DNA from: an uncultured Gemmatimonadales bacterium
GTDB taxonomy: Bacteria; Gemmatimonadota; Gemmatimonadetes; Longimicrobiales; RSA9
DNA length: 64,000 bases
Assembly: GCA_963708135.1 (NCBI GenBank)
Contig: OY970192.1
Location: forward strand, 3,776,001 to 3,840,000
Direction of reading: 5' to 3'
Both the position numbers and the translations under genes were made by a program. Below, piece by piece: positions 1 through 8,758 of this stretch; position 1 is the first letter of the stretch; every line of letters begins with the position of its first letter. Under the pieces are notes generated by a model. The model was not told the origin of the DNA. It was given only the letters and a program-made list of their open reading frames with translations, and made no database searches.

Positions 1-2
1 GC

Positions 3-1161
3 CTGTTCCACGACCCGTACCGCTACGACGACCCCGCGCGCGAGCGGGCGGAGCTGCTCGCGCCGGCGCACCGCGCGGCGGCGCGCGAGGTCGCCCGCGA
101 GTCGATGGTGCTGCTCAGGAACGACTCCGCCGCGCTGCCGCTGTCGAAGTCGCTCGGCACCCTCGCCGTGGTGGGCGCGCTCGCGGCCGACACCGCGTCC
201 GTGCTGGGGAGCTGGGTGGGGGCGGGGCGGCCGTCCGAGGCGGTGAGCGTGCTGGACGGGATCCGGCGCGCGGTCGGCGCGCGGACACGCGTGCTCTACG
301 CCCGCGGCGGCGGCCCGACGGACGACGACACGAGCGGCTTTGCGGCGGCCGTCGCCGCCGCGCGTCGCGCCGATGCCGTGGTGCTCGTCGTCGGTGAGAC
401 GGCCCACATGAGCGGCGAGGCGGCGAGCCGGGCGTCGCTCGGGCTGCCGGGGGCGCAGCTGCGGCTGGCGCAGGAGGTCGTCGCCACGGGCAGGCCGGTG
501 GCCGTCGTGCTCATGAACGGCCGCCCGCTCGCCATCCCATGGCTCGACGCGCACGTCCCCGCCATCCTCGAGGCCTGGTACCTGGGCAGCGAGAATGGGG
601 AACGCCGTGGCCGACGTGCTGTTCGGGGACTACAACCCCGGCGGCAAGCTGCCGGTGACCTTCCCGCGCGCCACGGGCCAGGTGCCGATCTATTACGCCC
701 ACACCAGCACGGGCCGGCCGCCGAAGGCCGAGGACAACTACACGTCGAAATACCTCGACGTCCCGTGGACGCCGCTGTACGCGTTCGGCCACGGGCTCAG
801 CTACACCACGTTCTCGGTGTCCGCGCCGACGCTCTCCGCGGCGCGGATCCGGGACGGCGACACGCTCGCCGTCTCGGTGGACGTGGCGAACACCGGCCGA
901 CGCGCGGGCGCCGAGGTGGTCCAGCTCTACATCCGCGACGAGGTGGCCAGCGTCACCCGCCCGGTGATGGAGCTGCGGCGGTTCCGCCGCGTCGAGCTCG
1001 CGCCCGGCGAGCGCCGCACGCTCGTCTTCCGGCTCGACCGCGACGACCTTTCCTTCCTCGACGCCGACCTCCGCCGGGTGGTCGAGCCCGGCTTCTTCCA
1101 GGTTCTCGTGGGCGACGCCTCGGACCGCGTGAAGGCGGCGCGCTTCGAGCTGGCGCGCTGA
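3..1161 (+). pseudogene. bglX: GH3 beta-glucosidase (BglX-like), 3' part, 5'-truncated by the window edge, apparent +1 frameshift at ~594
   Basis: Frame 3 gives LFHDPYRY..ESMVLLRND..LPL..SGEAASRASLGLPGAQ..LMNGRPL..ILEAWYLGSE. Frame 1 from 595 continues MGNAVADVLFGDYNPGGKLPVTFPR..YAFGHGLSYTTF..EVVQLYIRD (GH3 C-domain plus Fn3). One extra A (gag-a-atg) separates the frames. May be a sequencing error. Confidence 0.85.
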
Positions 1162-1220
1162 GCGGCGCGGTCTCGAGGATCCTTGCGCCCGCCACCGCCC
1201 CGAGCCACGGAGACGGATCC

Positions 1221-1835
1221 CTGGACACCCTGACGGTACACGGCCTGAGCCGGCGCTACGGCCCGCTCCAGGTCCTCGACGACATCGACTTCTCCGTCCC
1301 GCCGGGATCGGTGCTGGGCGTGCTCGGGCCGAACGGCGCCGGCAAGACCACGCTCCTGCGCTGCGTGGTCGGCGCGGAGCGGCCGGACGCGGGCGTGGTG
1401 CTGCTCGAGGACCGCCCGCTGGACGAGACGGAGCCGTGGGTCCGCGCGGCCATGGCGGCGGCGCTGGACGACATGGACTTCTTCCCGGACCTCTCGGTGG
1501 TCGAGCACCTGGAGCTCCTGTCGTTCGCCCACGGCGGCCAGGGCGCCGTGGAGGAGGTGGTGGCGGAGCTCGGGCTGGATGCGGCCCGCGACCAGCTCCC
1601 CGCCACGCTGTCGTCCGGCCAGCGACGCCGGCTCGCCCTGGCCTCCTGCTTCGTGCGGCCGCGGCGGCTGCTGGTCCTCGACGAGCCCGAGCAGCGGCTG
1701 GACGTGCGCGGCCGCGCCTGGCTGACGGAGCGGCTGCTGCGGGAGAAGGCGGCCGGGACGGCCGTGCTCATGGCGTCGCACGACCCGGAGCTCACCCTCG
1801 CCGTGGCCGACGCCACCCTCGAGCTCGGCGCGTGA
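1221..1835 (+). CDS. ABC transporter ATP-binding protein
   Basis: Walker A GPNGAGKT, signature LSSGQ, Walker B LLVLDEP, H-loop ASH. Start uncertain; best candidate is CTG at 1221 after GGAG. Confidence 0.85.
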   Translation: MDTLTVHGLSRRYGPLQVLDDIDFSVPPGSVLGVLGPNGAGKTTLLRCVVGAERPDAGVVLLEDRPLDETEPWVRAAMAAALDDMDFFPDLSVVEHLELLSFAHGGQGAVEEVVAELGLDAARDQLPATLSSGQRRRLALASCFVRPRRLLVLDEPEQRLDVRGRAWLTERLLREKAAGTAVLMASHDPELTLAVADATLELGA

Positions 1836-3238
1836 GCGCGGCCGCCGCCGCCCTGGTGCCGCGGGCGCGGGAATGGCGCGCGCGTCTGAGCCGCGCCCGC
1901 CGCGCCCATCACGGCCGCTCCCGTGGGGATGTCCTGACCGACCTCTACATGATGCTCTGGCTCGGGGTCGTCTACGGCGGGATCCTCATCTCCGACGTGC
2001 GCGACCACCTCGGCGGTCCCCCGGGCGCGCCGGGCGCCGCCCTCGAGCGGGCGTGGCTGGGCACCGGGGTGCTGCTCGCCGGCGCGGGCGGCCTCTGGAC
2101 CATGCTGCGCTCGCTCGGCCCGCTGCTCGCCACGCCGGCCGAGCAGGCCTGGGGCCTCTCCACCCCGATCGACCGGCGCGGCTGGCTGCTGCCGCGCTTC
2201 GCCCGGCTCACCGGCGGCGGCGCGCTCGCCGCCGCCCTCGCCGCCGCCGCGTTCTCGATCCTGGCCGTCCGCGGCGCCGGGCTCGGCCTCACGGCGCTGG
2301 CGGGGCTGGGTTGGGGGGCGGCCGGCGTGGCGCTCGCCGTCGCCGCGCAGGGGGCGCCGGCCGGGCGCCGCTGGCCGGCCGCCGTCGGCCGGGCGCTGCT
2401 CGCCGCGGGCGCGGCGGCGGCCGGGGCGGTCGTCGCCGCGCGTTACGGCGGTCGGGCGCTCCCGCGGCCGGCTGGCCCGGTCGCGCCCGGCCTCGCGCTC
2501 CTGGGCGCCGTGGCCGCCGTGGCCGCCGTTACTCCGGCGCTCCGGGTGCTCGGACGACTCGACCGGGCGGCGCTCGGGGAGGGGGCGGCGCTCGCGGGCG
2601 CGGCAGTGTCGGCGGCCGTCGGCATCGATCCGTGGCAGCTCTCGCGCATGATCGAGCTGCGCCGCTGGCGGCGCCTGGCGCGGGTCCGTAGCCGCCCCTT
2701 CCCGCGCGCCCTCCCCGGCCGGTGGGGCGCGCTCCTCGCCGCCGAGATGCGGCGCGCCACGCGGCGGCCGGGCGCGCTCGCCATGTGGGCGGCGCTCGCG
2801 CTCGCACAGTACGCCGTGGCCGTGGTGGCGCCGTCGCTCGCGGCCCCCGCCCACGTCGTGGGCGCCTACCTGGCCGCCGGTCGGCTCGCGGGCGGGCTGC
2901 GCACTGTGGCCCGCTCGCCGGGTCTTCGCCGGGCCCTGGGTGGCGACGAGCTCCGGCTGCGCCTCGTCCACCTCGCGCTGCCTGCGCTCGGCACCATCCT
3001 CTGGTGGGCGCTCACCTTCCCGGCCGGTGGACCCCCTCTCGGCCCCGCCGAGATCCTGCTCGTGGCCGGCGTGGTGGCGGCGGCGTACCGGGCGGCCACC
3101 CGCCCGCCGATGTCCTACGGCGGCGCGCTGATCGAGACGCCGATCGGGCTCGTCCCCGTCGAGCTGATCCGCCAGCTCGCGCGCGGCCCCGACGTGCTCG
3201 CGGTGGTCATGATCGCGCAGGCGCTGCTTTCGCGCTGA
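1832..3238 (+). CDS. Multi-pass membrane protein (DUF6297-like), probable partner of the ABC ATPase
   Basis: GTGA overlap with the ATPase stop. Many hydrophobic segments. Motifs GPLLATPAEQAWGLSTPIDRRGWLLPR and terminal TPIGLVPVELIRQLARGPD. Confidence 0.65.
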   Translation: MSAAAAALVPRAREWRARLSRARRAHHGRSRGDVLTDLYMMLWLGVVYGGILISDVRDHLGGPPGAPGAALERAWLGTGVLLAGAGGLWTMLRSLGPLLATPAEQAWGLSTPIDRRGWLLPRFARLTGGGALAAALAAAAFSILAVRGAGLGLTALAGLGWGAAGVALAVAAQGAPAGRRWPAAVGRALLAAGAAAAGAVVAARYGGRALPRPAGPVAPGLALLGAVAAVAAVTPALRVLGRLDRAALGEGAALAGAAVSAAVGIDPWQLSRMIELRRWRRLARVRSRPFPRALPGRWGALLAAEMRRATRRPGALAMWAALALAQYAVAVVAPSLAAPAHVVGAYLAAGRLAGGLRTVARSPGLRRALGGDELRLRLVHLALPALGTILWWALTFPAGGPPLGPAEILLVAGVVAAAYRAATRPPMSYGGALIETPIGLVPVELIRQLARGPDVLAVVMIAQALLSR

Positions 3239-3305
3239 CGCGCCGCCGCCGCGCGAGCACGCCGCCGCACGCCTCGGCAGCACGGCACCACGGCGCCGGA
3301 GCACG

Positions 3306-3475
3306 CCGGAGCACGCCGGACCGCACCGCCGGAGCACGTTTCGGCAGCACGCCACCGGAGCACGCCGGACCGCACCGCCGGAGCACGTTTCGGCAGCACG
3401 CCGCCGGAGCACGCCGGACCGCACCGCCGGAGCACGTTTCGGCAGCACGCCGCCGGAGCACGCCGGAGCACGCCG
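3306..3475. repeat. Tandem repeat, 3 x 49 bp, built from 10-bp CCGGAGCACG subunits
   Basis: Unit CCGGAGCACGCCGGACCGCACCGCCGGAGCACGTTTCGGCAGCACGCCR at 3306, 3355 and 3404, with extra CCGGAGCACG copies on both flanks. Confidence 0.95.
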
Positions 3476-3524
3476 CCATGACTGCGGGTGTGGCCGGGCG
3501 TAGGCGGTGAGTCGCTCGGGGAGC

Positions 3525-3945
3525 ATAACCCGCCGCTCGCCATGCTCCGGCGCGCGAGTGGCGGGCTGTGCTGCGTACACCGGCACAACTCGCCGCTCGT
3601 TCTCTCCGGTTTCATCGAGTGGCGGATTGGGACGGCCCCGCGTGTGCAATCCAACTCTCGTTCCCGGAACGCGGGCGAGTGGCGGGTTGTGCAGGACGCG
3701 CCCTGTGCATCCGACTCTCGTGCCCGGAACGCGGGCGAGTGGCGGGTTGTGCAGGACGCGCCCTGTGCAATCCGACTCTCGTGCCCGGAACGCGGGCGAG
3801 TGGCGGGTTGTGCAGGACGCGCCCTGTGCATCCAACTCTCGTTCCCGGAACGCCGGCGAGTGGCGGGTTGTGCAGGACGCGCCCTGTGCATCCGACTCCC
3901 GTGCCCGGAACGCGGGCGAGTGGCGGGTCGTGCAGCGCGCGCCCT
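3525..3945. repeat. 60-61 bp period array of REP-like hairpin-derived units (7 copies of the core; the last 5 units near-identical)
   Basis: Core CGAGTGGCGG at 3555, 3616, 3676, 3736, 3797, 3857 and 3917. Near-identical unit TCCRACTCTCGTKCCCGGAACGCGGGCGAGTGGCGGGTTGTGCAGGACGCGCCCTGTGCA from 3650. Confidence 0.92.
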
Positions 3946-4121
3946 TCGTGCAGGAACGGGCGCGAGCGCCGGCAGCCGAGGACGCGGCCGGGATCGTCGC
4001 GAACCGCGCACCGAAGGTCGGCGCAGCCCGGCCGGGCTCCCCTCACCCGCCGCTCCCCCGCGGTGTGCCCCGCTCACGCCCACCCGCACCCCCACGCACG
4101 GTCGGCGCAGCTCCGGACCGG

Positions 4122-5036
4122 CTACTCGGCCACGACTCCCGCTCGGAGCCGTTCCGGCGCGGCGATCCCGTCGGCTTCCCTTCCCCAGGCGTGGAACCCC
4201 GCCGCGGCGACGGCAAGGAGGATGAGCACGCCGGCCGTTCCCATGAGCCCGCCGGCCATCTGCTGGTCGGCGACGGCCGTGATGCCGTGCACGGGCGGCG
4301 CCAGCTCGTAGGTGCGATACTGCGGCCAGTCGGCCACGAGCAGCCAGACGGCGATGCCCATCGCGGGGAGCAGCGCCACATAGAGGTAGAGGATCCGGAG
4401 CGGCCCCGCGGCCACGCGCCCGCCGGGCCGCGGCGAGAGGAGCGGCCACCACAGGGCGAGGCCGGCCGCGAGCCAGGCGAGGTCGAGGGCGAGCGCGCCG
4501 AGCTGAGAGGCCATGAGGGCGTCCACGACCGGCGGCAGGTGCCCCGCCACGATGAGCGTGGAGGAGACGGCGACCGCCGCCGCCGCACCGACGAGCCGCC
4601 GGCGCCCGGACGAGCGGCCGGCGCGCGAAGCGCCAGTGGGCGAGCCGGCGGCGAGAGCGCTCGAGCGACCGGCGGCGGCGCTCGGGCCGCCGTCGCCGGA
4701 CCCCTCCCCCGGCCAGCGGCCGCCAGACGTCGCGGTCCCGTCCGGAATCGCGCCGAGCAGCAGCGGCGGCGCGAGCAGCACGATGAGCAGGAACTGGAGC
4801 ATGTGCGCGGACTCGAGGTACCCCGCCCCGAGCGGGCCGAGCGGCCAGTCGAGCGCGGCCCAGAGGAGGAGCAGCCCGGCCGCGGCCCGGAGCGGGCGCA
4901 GGCGACCCTTCCACCGGAGCGCCATCCCGGCGCCGAGCGCCAGGATGAACAGCCAGACACCGGGGTAGGGGCGCCACGCTCCGGTCCACACGCCGCCGCG
5001 GGCGGAGCACCACCACTGCACGCCCGGGGCGATCAC
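4122..5036 (-). CDS. ctaG: Cytochrome c oxidase assembly protein, Caa3_CtaG family
   Basis: ALDWPLGPLGAGYLESAHMLQFLL..APPLLL; DQQMAGGLM; multiple TM helices; overlaps the SCO gene stop. Confidence 0.75.
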   Translation of the reverse strand: MIAPGVQWWCSARGGVWTGAWRPYPGVWLFILALGAGMALRWKGRLRPLRAAAGLLLLWAALDWPLGPLGAGYLESAHMLQFLLIVLLAPPLLLGAIPDGTATSGGRWPGEGSGDGGPSAAAGRSSALAAGSPTGASRAGRSSGRRRLVGAAAAVAVSSTLIVAGHLPPVVDALMASQLGALALDLAWLAAGLALWWPLLSPRPGGRVAAGPLRILYLYVALLPAMGIAVWLLVADWPQYRTYELAPPVHGITAVADQQMAGGLMGTAGVLILLAVAAAGFHAWGREADGIAAPERLRAGVVAE

Positions 5037-5818
5037 GGCGCGCCGCGGGGTCCGCGGGGATGCTCCGCGGAATCGGCGCCCGCGCGGGGGATGGACGCCG
5101 CGCGCGGGTCCGCGCCGGGATACGTCGCCAGCAGGCGGGGCAGGTCGTGGGCGAGGTCGGACTGGAGCGTGCCGAAGGGGTAGGCCACGTGAGCGCTGTC
5201 ATCGGGCGTGAACGCCAGCAGCTGCGCCGCATGGCCCACGCCGTACGCGCCCGCGCCCCGGCCCGCCGCGCCGCTGTCGCGCACCGCCACCGCCACGCCC
5301 AGCGCACGCTCGATCGCGCCCACCTGCGCCTCGGTCCCGCGCAGCCCCACGAAGCGGACGAAGCGCGTGGGGAAATGGTCGAGCCACGCGCGCAGCCGCG
5401 CCGGTGTGTCGCGTGCCGGGTCCACCGTCACGAACACGACGCTCGTGCGACGCACCACCTCGGGCGGCATCCGGTCGAGGACCGCCGCCACGTTCCCCAT
5501 CTGCACGGGGCAGACGTCGGGGCAGTGTGTGTAGCCGAAGTAGAGGAGGGTCAGCCGGCCGCGCGTCCGGGCGCGGAAAGCGTACGGCTCGCCACGCGTG
5601 TCGAGCAGCGTGAAGTCGGGCCGCGGGAGCGCGCTCGGGAGCATGGTGCCGCGGAGGCTCTCCCGGCGCGCGGGGGCGGCGCCGCCGCAGGCGGACAGGA
5701 GGGGCAGCAGGAGGAGAAGCGGCAGCGCGCCGGCGCGCAGGAGCACGCCCGTCCCGCGGGGGAAGGGCCGGCGGGATCGGCCCCATCGCCGTGGAGGAGC
5801 CCGGCGGACCGGTTGCAT
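5033..5818 (-). CDS. SCO1/SenC copper chaperone (lipoprotein)
   Basis: FGYTHCPDVCP (CxxxC), FVTVDPARD, conserved His (YGVGH), lipobox LLSAC. Start may instead be the GTG at ~5747. Confidence 0.88.
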   Translation of the reverse strand: MQPVRRAPPRRWGRSRRPFPRGTGVLLRAGALPLLLLLPLLSACGGAAPARRESLRGTMLPSALPRPDFTLLDTRGEPYAFRARTRGRLTLLYFGYTHCPDVCPVQMGNVAAVLDRMPPEVVRRTSVVFVTVDPARDTPARLRAWLDHFPTRFVRFVGLRGTEAQVGAIERALGVAVAVRDSGAAGRGAGAYGVGHAAQLLAFTPDDSAHVAYPFGTLQSDLAHDLPRLLATYPGADPRAASIPRAGADSAEHPRGPRGAP

Positions 5819-5943
5819 GCGGCTGGCCTCGTGCGCTGTTGCGGTGTCGAGGGCGAGGCGGCTGCAAGCGGCGGGCCGGGAGGTGGCGCCGGGAGGTCGC
5901 GCGGCGCACGAATGGCGCCGGAGCGGCGCGGCGGGAACGTCGC

Positions 5944-7197
5944 CTACCGGGGCTGCACCGCGGCCGGCGCATGGCTGGCCGGGCGGGCCGTGAGATCCTT
6001 CAGGTGGTCGAGGGTGAAGACGGCGGGGCCGGGCGTGCCGTCGCGGTTCCACAGGTCGAACTCGGGCGCCCAGTACATGACGCCGAGCGTGCGAGGTGCC
6101 TTCCTCACCGTGTTGACGAGGTCCACCATGAACTGCAGCCGCCCCTCGGGCGTCACGGGCCAGAGCATGTCCGGATTGGCGGCGCCGTGCGAGGGGCCGT
6201 AGCCCGTCTCGGCGACGAGGAAGTCCTTGTGATACCGGCGCGCGCTCTCGTTCATGTTCCGCCACAGGTCCTCGAGCGTGCCGTGGCGCCAGGGCGGATA
6301 GAAGCTCTCGGCGATGATGTCGTAGGGCACATGGGCGGCCTCGATGTGGTCGAAGAACCACTTCGTGGTGGCCCAGTCGCCGCCGCGGTCGATGTGGAGG
6401 GCGATGCGCGGCGGCGTGTCTCCTCCGGCGCCCTCCATCACGCCGCGGACGCCCGCCTCGAGCAGCCGCGTCAGGTTGTTCCACTGCATGACGGAGTCGT
6501 AAGGCTCGGGCGGGTTGTACTTCTGCGACCCCGGAATGGCCAGCTGCGCCGTCGGCCAGAGCATCCCGCGCGTGATCTCGTTGCCGACCTGGACCCAGTC
6601 CGGCATGGCGCCGGCGGCCTTGAGCGAGGCGATGGTCTGGCGGCTGTAGCCCTCGACCACCTTCTCGAGCGAGTCGATGCCGAGCCCGCGCCACGCGACC
6701 GGCGTCTCCTGGTGCTGCGGGTCCGCCCAGGTGTCGGAGTAGTGGATGTCGAGCAGGAGAAGCGCCCCGGAGGCCTTGATCTTCCGGGCCAGCGGGATCG
6801 TGTTCTCGAGCGAGTTGTCGGGCGCCTCCCGCGTGGGCGAGACGAACACCCGCAGCCGGAACGCGTTCCAGCCGTGCCGCTCGAGGATGGTCATCTCGTC
6901 CGACGACTTGCCGCCCTCCTGGTACGGTGGCAGGCGCCAGCGCGGCGGGCGCGGCGCCGCGAGGGCCGAGATGTCGGCGCCGAGAATGAAGGCCGGCGGC
7001 CTGGTGGGAGCCGGGGCGCGGCCCGGACCCACGCCAGCCGGCGGAGGCGCCCCGGCGGGCCGCGGCCGCGCGCCCGTCGAGAAGGCCAGGAGCGAGGAGA
7101 GCAGCGCCGCGGCCACGAGCGGAGCGGCGGCCGGGCCGCGCATGCGGGCGGCGGCGAGGCCCGGAAACCGGGCACTGGAGCGATGGATCGGGTCCAT
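5944..7197 (-). CDS. GH53 arabinogalactan endo-beta-1,4-galactanase
   Basis: GADIS, RLRVFV, LLDIHYSDTWADP.HQ..P.AW, WVQVGNEI (acid/base), VAETGY (nucleophile), GVMYWAPE; signal-peptide-like N-terminus. Confidence 0.9.
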   Translation of the reverse strand: MDPIHRSSARFPGLAAARMRGPAAAPLVAAALLSSLLAFSTGARPRPAGAPPPAGVGPGRAPAPTRPPAFILGADISALAAPRPPRWRLPPYQEGGKSSDEMTILERHGWNAFRLRVFVSPTREAPDNSLENTIPLARKIKASGALLLLDIHYSDTWADPQHQETPVAWRGLGIDSLEKVVEGYSRQTIASLKAAGAMPDWVQVGNEITRGMLWPTAQLAIPGSQKYNPPEPYDSVMQWNNLTRLLEAGVRGVMEGAGGDTPPRIALHIDRGGDWATTKWFFDHIEAAHVPYDIIAESFYPPWRHGTLEDLWRNMNESARRYHKDFLVAETGYGPSHGAANPDMLWPVTPEGRLQFMVDLVNTVRKAPRTLGVMYWAPEFDLWNRDGTPGPAVFTLDHLKDLTARPASHAPAAVQPR

Positions 7198-7203
7198 GGC
7201 GCA

Positions 7204-7232
7204 GATGTAGCCGCGGTGGCCGGGCAGGTCAA
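7204..7232 (-). promoter_or_regulatory. Putative sigma70 promoter of the GH53 gene (leaderless spacing)
   Basis: TTGACC-N17-TACATC-N6-ATG(7197) on the minus strand; the last -10 base is non-consensus. Confidence 0.5.
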
Positions 7233-7481
7233 CAAGGCGACGCGCGGCCGGAGGCGACGTCGCCTCTCCACCGCCGTGGGCGAAGCAGGCCTCCGGAGCC
7301 GCGGGATCCCGTGGCCGGCTCGACCGGCGGGATCCGCGGTGCGCTCCCGTGTCTTGGGCGGGAGCAGCGCCCGGCCCGCGGCGCGCCGGCCCCGTGCCGC
7401 GGGATCGCGGCGCCGGGCGGGTGCGCGGTCCGGACCGCGCCCCAGCCTCGACCCCCGGCCAGAGCAGGAGATCGGAGCCCA

Positions 7482-8453
7482 GTGCCCACACGTCCCCACC
7501 CCGCCACCATCACCGAGGAGGAGACCCGCGACCTGGGATTCGGCAGCGTTGTCGCGAGGGAGAGCCGCAGGCGGCTTCTGAACAAGGATGGCAGCTTCAA
7601 CGTGGAGCGGACCGGGCTCCGCTTCGCGAGCTCGCTGAGCGTCTACCACGCGCTGCTCACGGTGTCGTGGACCCGCTTCCTCCTGGCCCTGGCGGCGGGG
7701 TACACGGCCGCCAACGCGCTGTTCGCCGTGGCGTACGTGCTGTGCGGGCCGAGCGCGCTCACCGGGCCGACGCCCGTCGCGGGCGCGCTCGCGGGCCGGC
7801 TGCTGCGTGCCTTCTTCTTCAGCGTCCAGACGCTCTCCACCATCGGCTATGGCAGGGTGGCGCCCGCCGGGCTCGCCGCCAACATCCTCGTGGCCGTCGA
7901 GGCGCTCGTCGGCCTGCTCGGCTTCGCGCTGGCCGCGGGGCTGCTGTTCGCGCGCTTCTCGCGGCCGAGCGCCTTCATCGTCTTCAGCCGCAGCGCCGTG
8001 GTGGCGCCGTACCGCGCGAGGAGGGCGCTCGAGATCCGCATCGCGAACGCCCGCCGCAGCGAGATCATCGAGCTGAACGCCCGCCTGGTGCTGAGCCTCT
8101 TCGAGGAGGTGGATGGCCGGAGCATCCGCCGCTTCCACGTGCTGCCGCTCGAGCGCGAGAGCGTGGTGTTCTTCCCGCTCAGCTGGACGATCGTCCACCC
8201 GATCGACGAGGCGAGCCCGCTCTTCGGCAGGACGGAGGCGGACCTCGTCCAGGCCGAAGCGGAGGTGCTGGTCCTGCTCACGGGCATCGACGAGACCTTC
8301 TCCCAGACCGTGCACGCCCGCTCCTCCTACCGCGCCGACGAGATCGTCTGGAACGCCCGCTTCGGCGACGTCTTCCGCCACCCCGACGGCCGCGGCACCC
8401 TCGGCATCGACATGACGCGGATCGACGCGATCGAGCGGCTGACGGGTGAGTGA
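7482..8453 (+). CDS. Inward-rectifier potassium channel (KirBac family)
   Basis: AFFFSVQTLSTIGYG filter, FARFSRP, RIANAR, FFPLSWTIVHPIDEASPL, GIDETFSQTVHARSSY. GTG start at 7482 with GGAG upstream. Confidence 0.92.
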   Translation: MPTRPHPATITEEETRDLGFGSVVARESRRRLLNKDGSFNVERTGLRFASSLSVYHALLTVSWTRFLLALAAGYTAANALFAVAYVLCGPSALTGPTPVAGALAGRLLRAFFFSVQTLSTIGYGRVAPAGLAANILVAVEALVGLLGFALAAGLLFARFSRPSAFIVFSRSAVVAPYRARRALEIRIANARRSEIIELNARLVLSLFEEVDGRSIRRFHVLPLERESVVFFPLSWTIVHPIDEASPLFGRTEADLVQAEAEVLVLLTGIDETFSQTVHARSSYRADEIVWNARFGDVFRHPDGRGTLGIDMTRIDAIERLTGE

Positions 8454-8758
8454 TGCGGGGCGGGGCTCCGCGCCCGGGCCGTGGCTGAGGGGTCCTATCG
8501 AACCCTGCAGATCGAGGTCATGAACGCGGACGACTCCAACAGCCTGGTCCTCATGGATTCGCCTCCCGAGGCGGCGGGCGACGCGGCGCGCGTGGCGGTG
8601 CCTGCCCGTCACCCAGTCTCCCACGCTCCCACTCTCCGGGGCCCCGGATCTTTCCCGCCCCGATACAGTAGAATCGACCGGGCCGGGCGCCCGGGGCGCC
8701 CGCCAGTTCGGGCGCCGGACGCGCCCACCGACTCGGGATTCCTCCAACGGGACCACGC

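Noticed and set aside
105..1835. 576-aa GH3-ABC ATPase fusion ORF
   Set aside because: Artefact of the +1 frameshift at ~594; the middle section is out-of-frame Arg/Ala-rich text over the true GH3 C-terminus.
3300..3945. CRISPR array
   Set aside because: Units repeat over their whole length with no unique 30-40 bp spacers, there is no AT-rich leader, and no cas genes are in the window.
1256..5307. Long ORFs crossing the repeat arrays (859, 730, 558 aa etc.) as repeat proteins
   Set aside because: The 49-bp and 61-bp units shift frame, the composition is typical high-GC shadow translation, and they overlap real genes.
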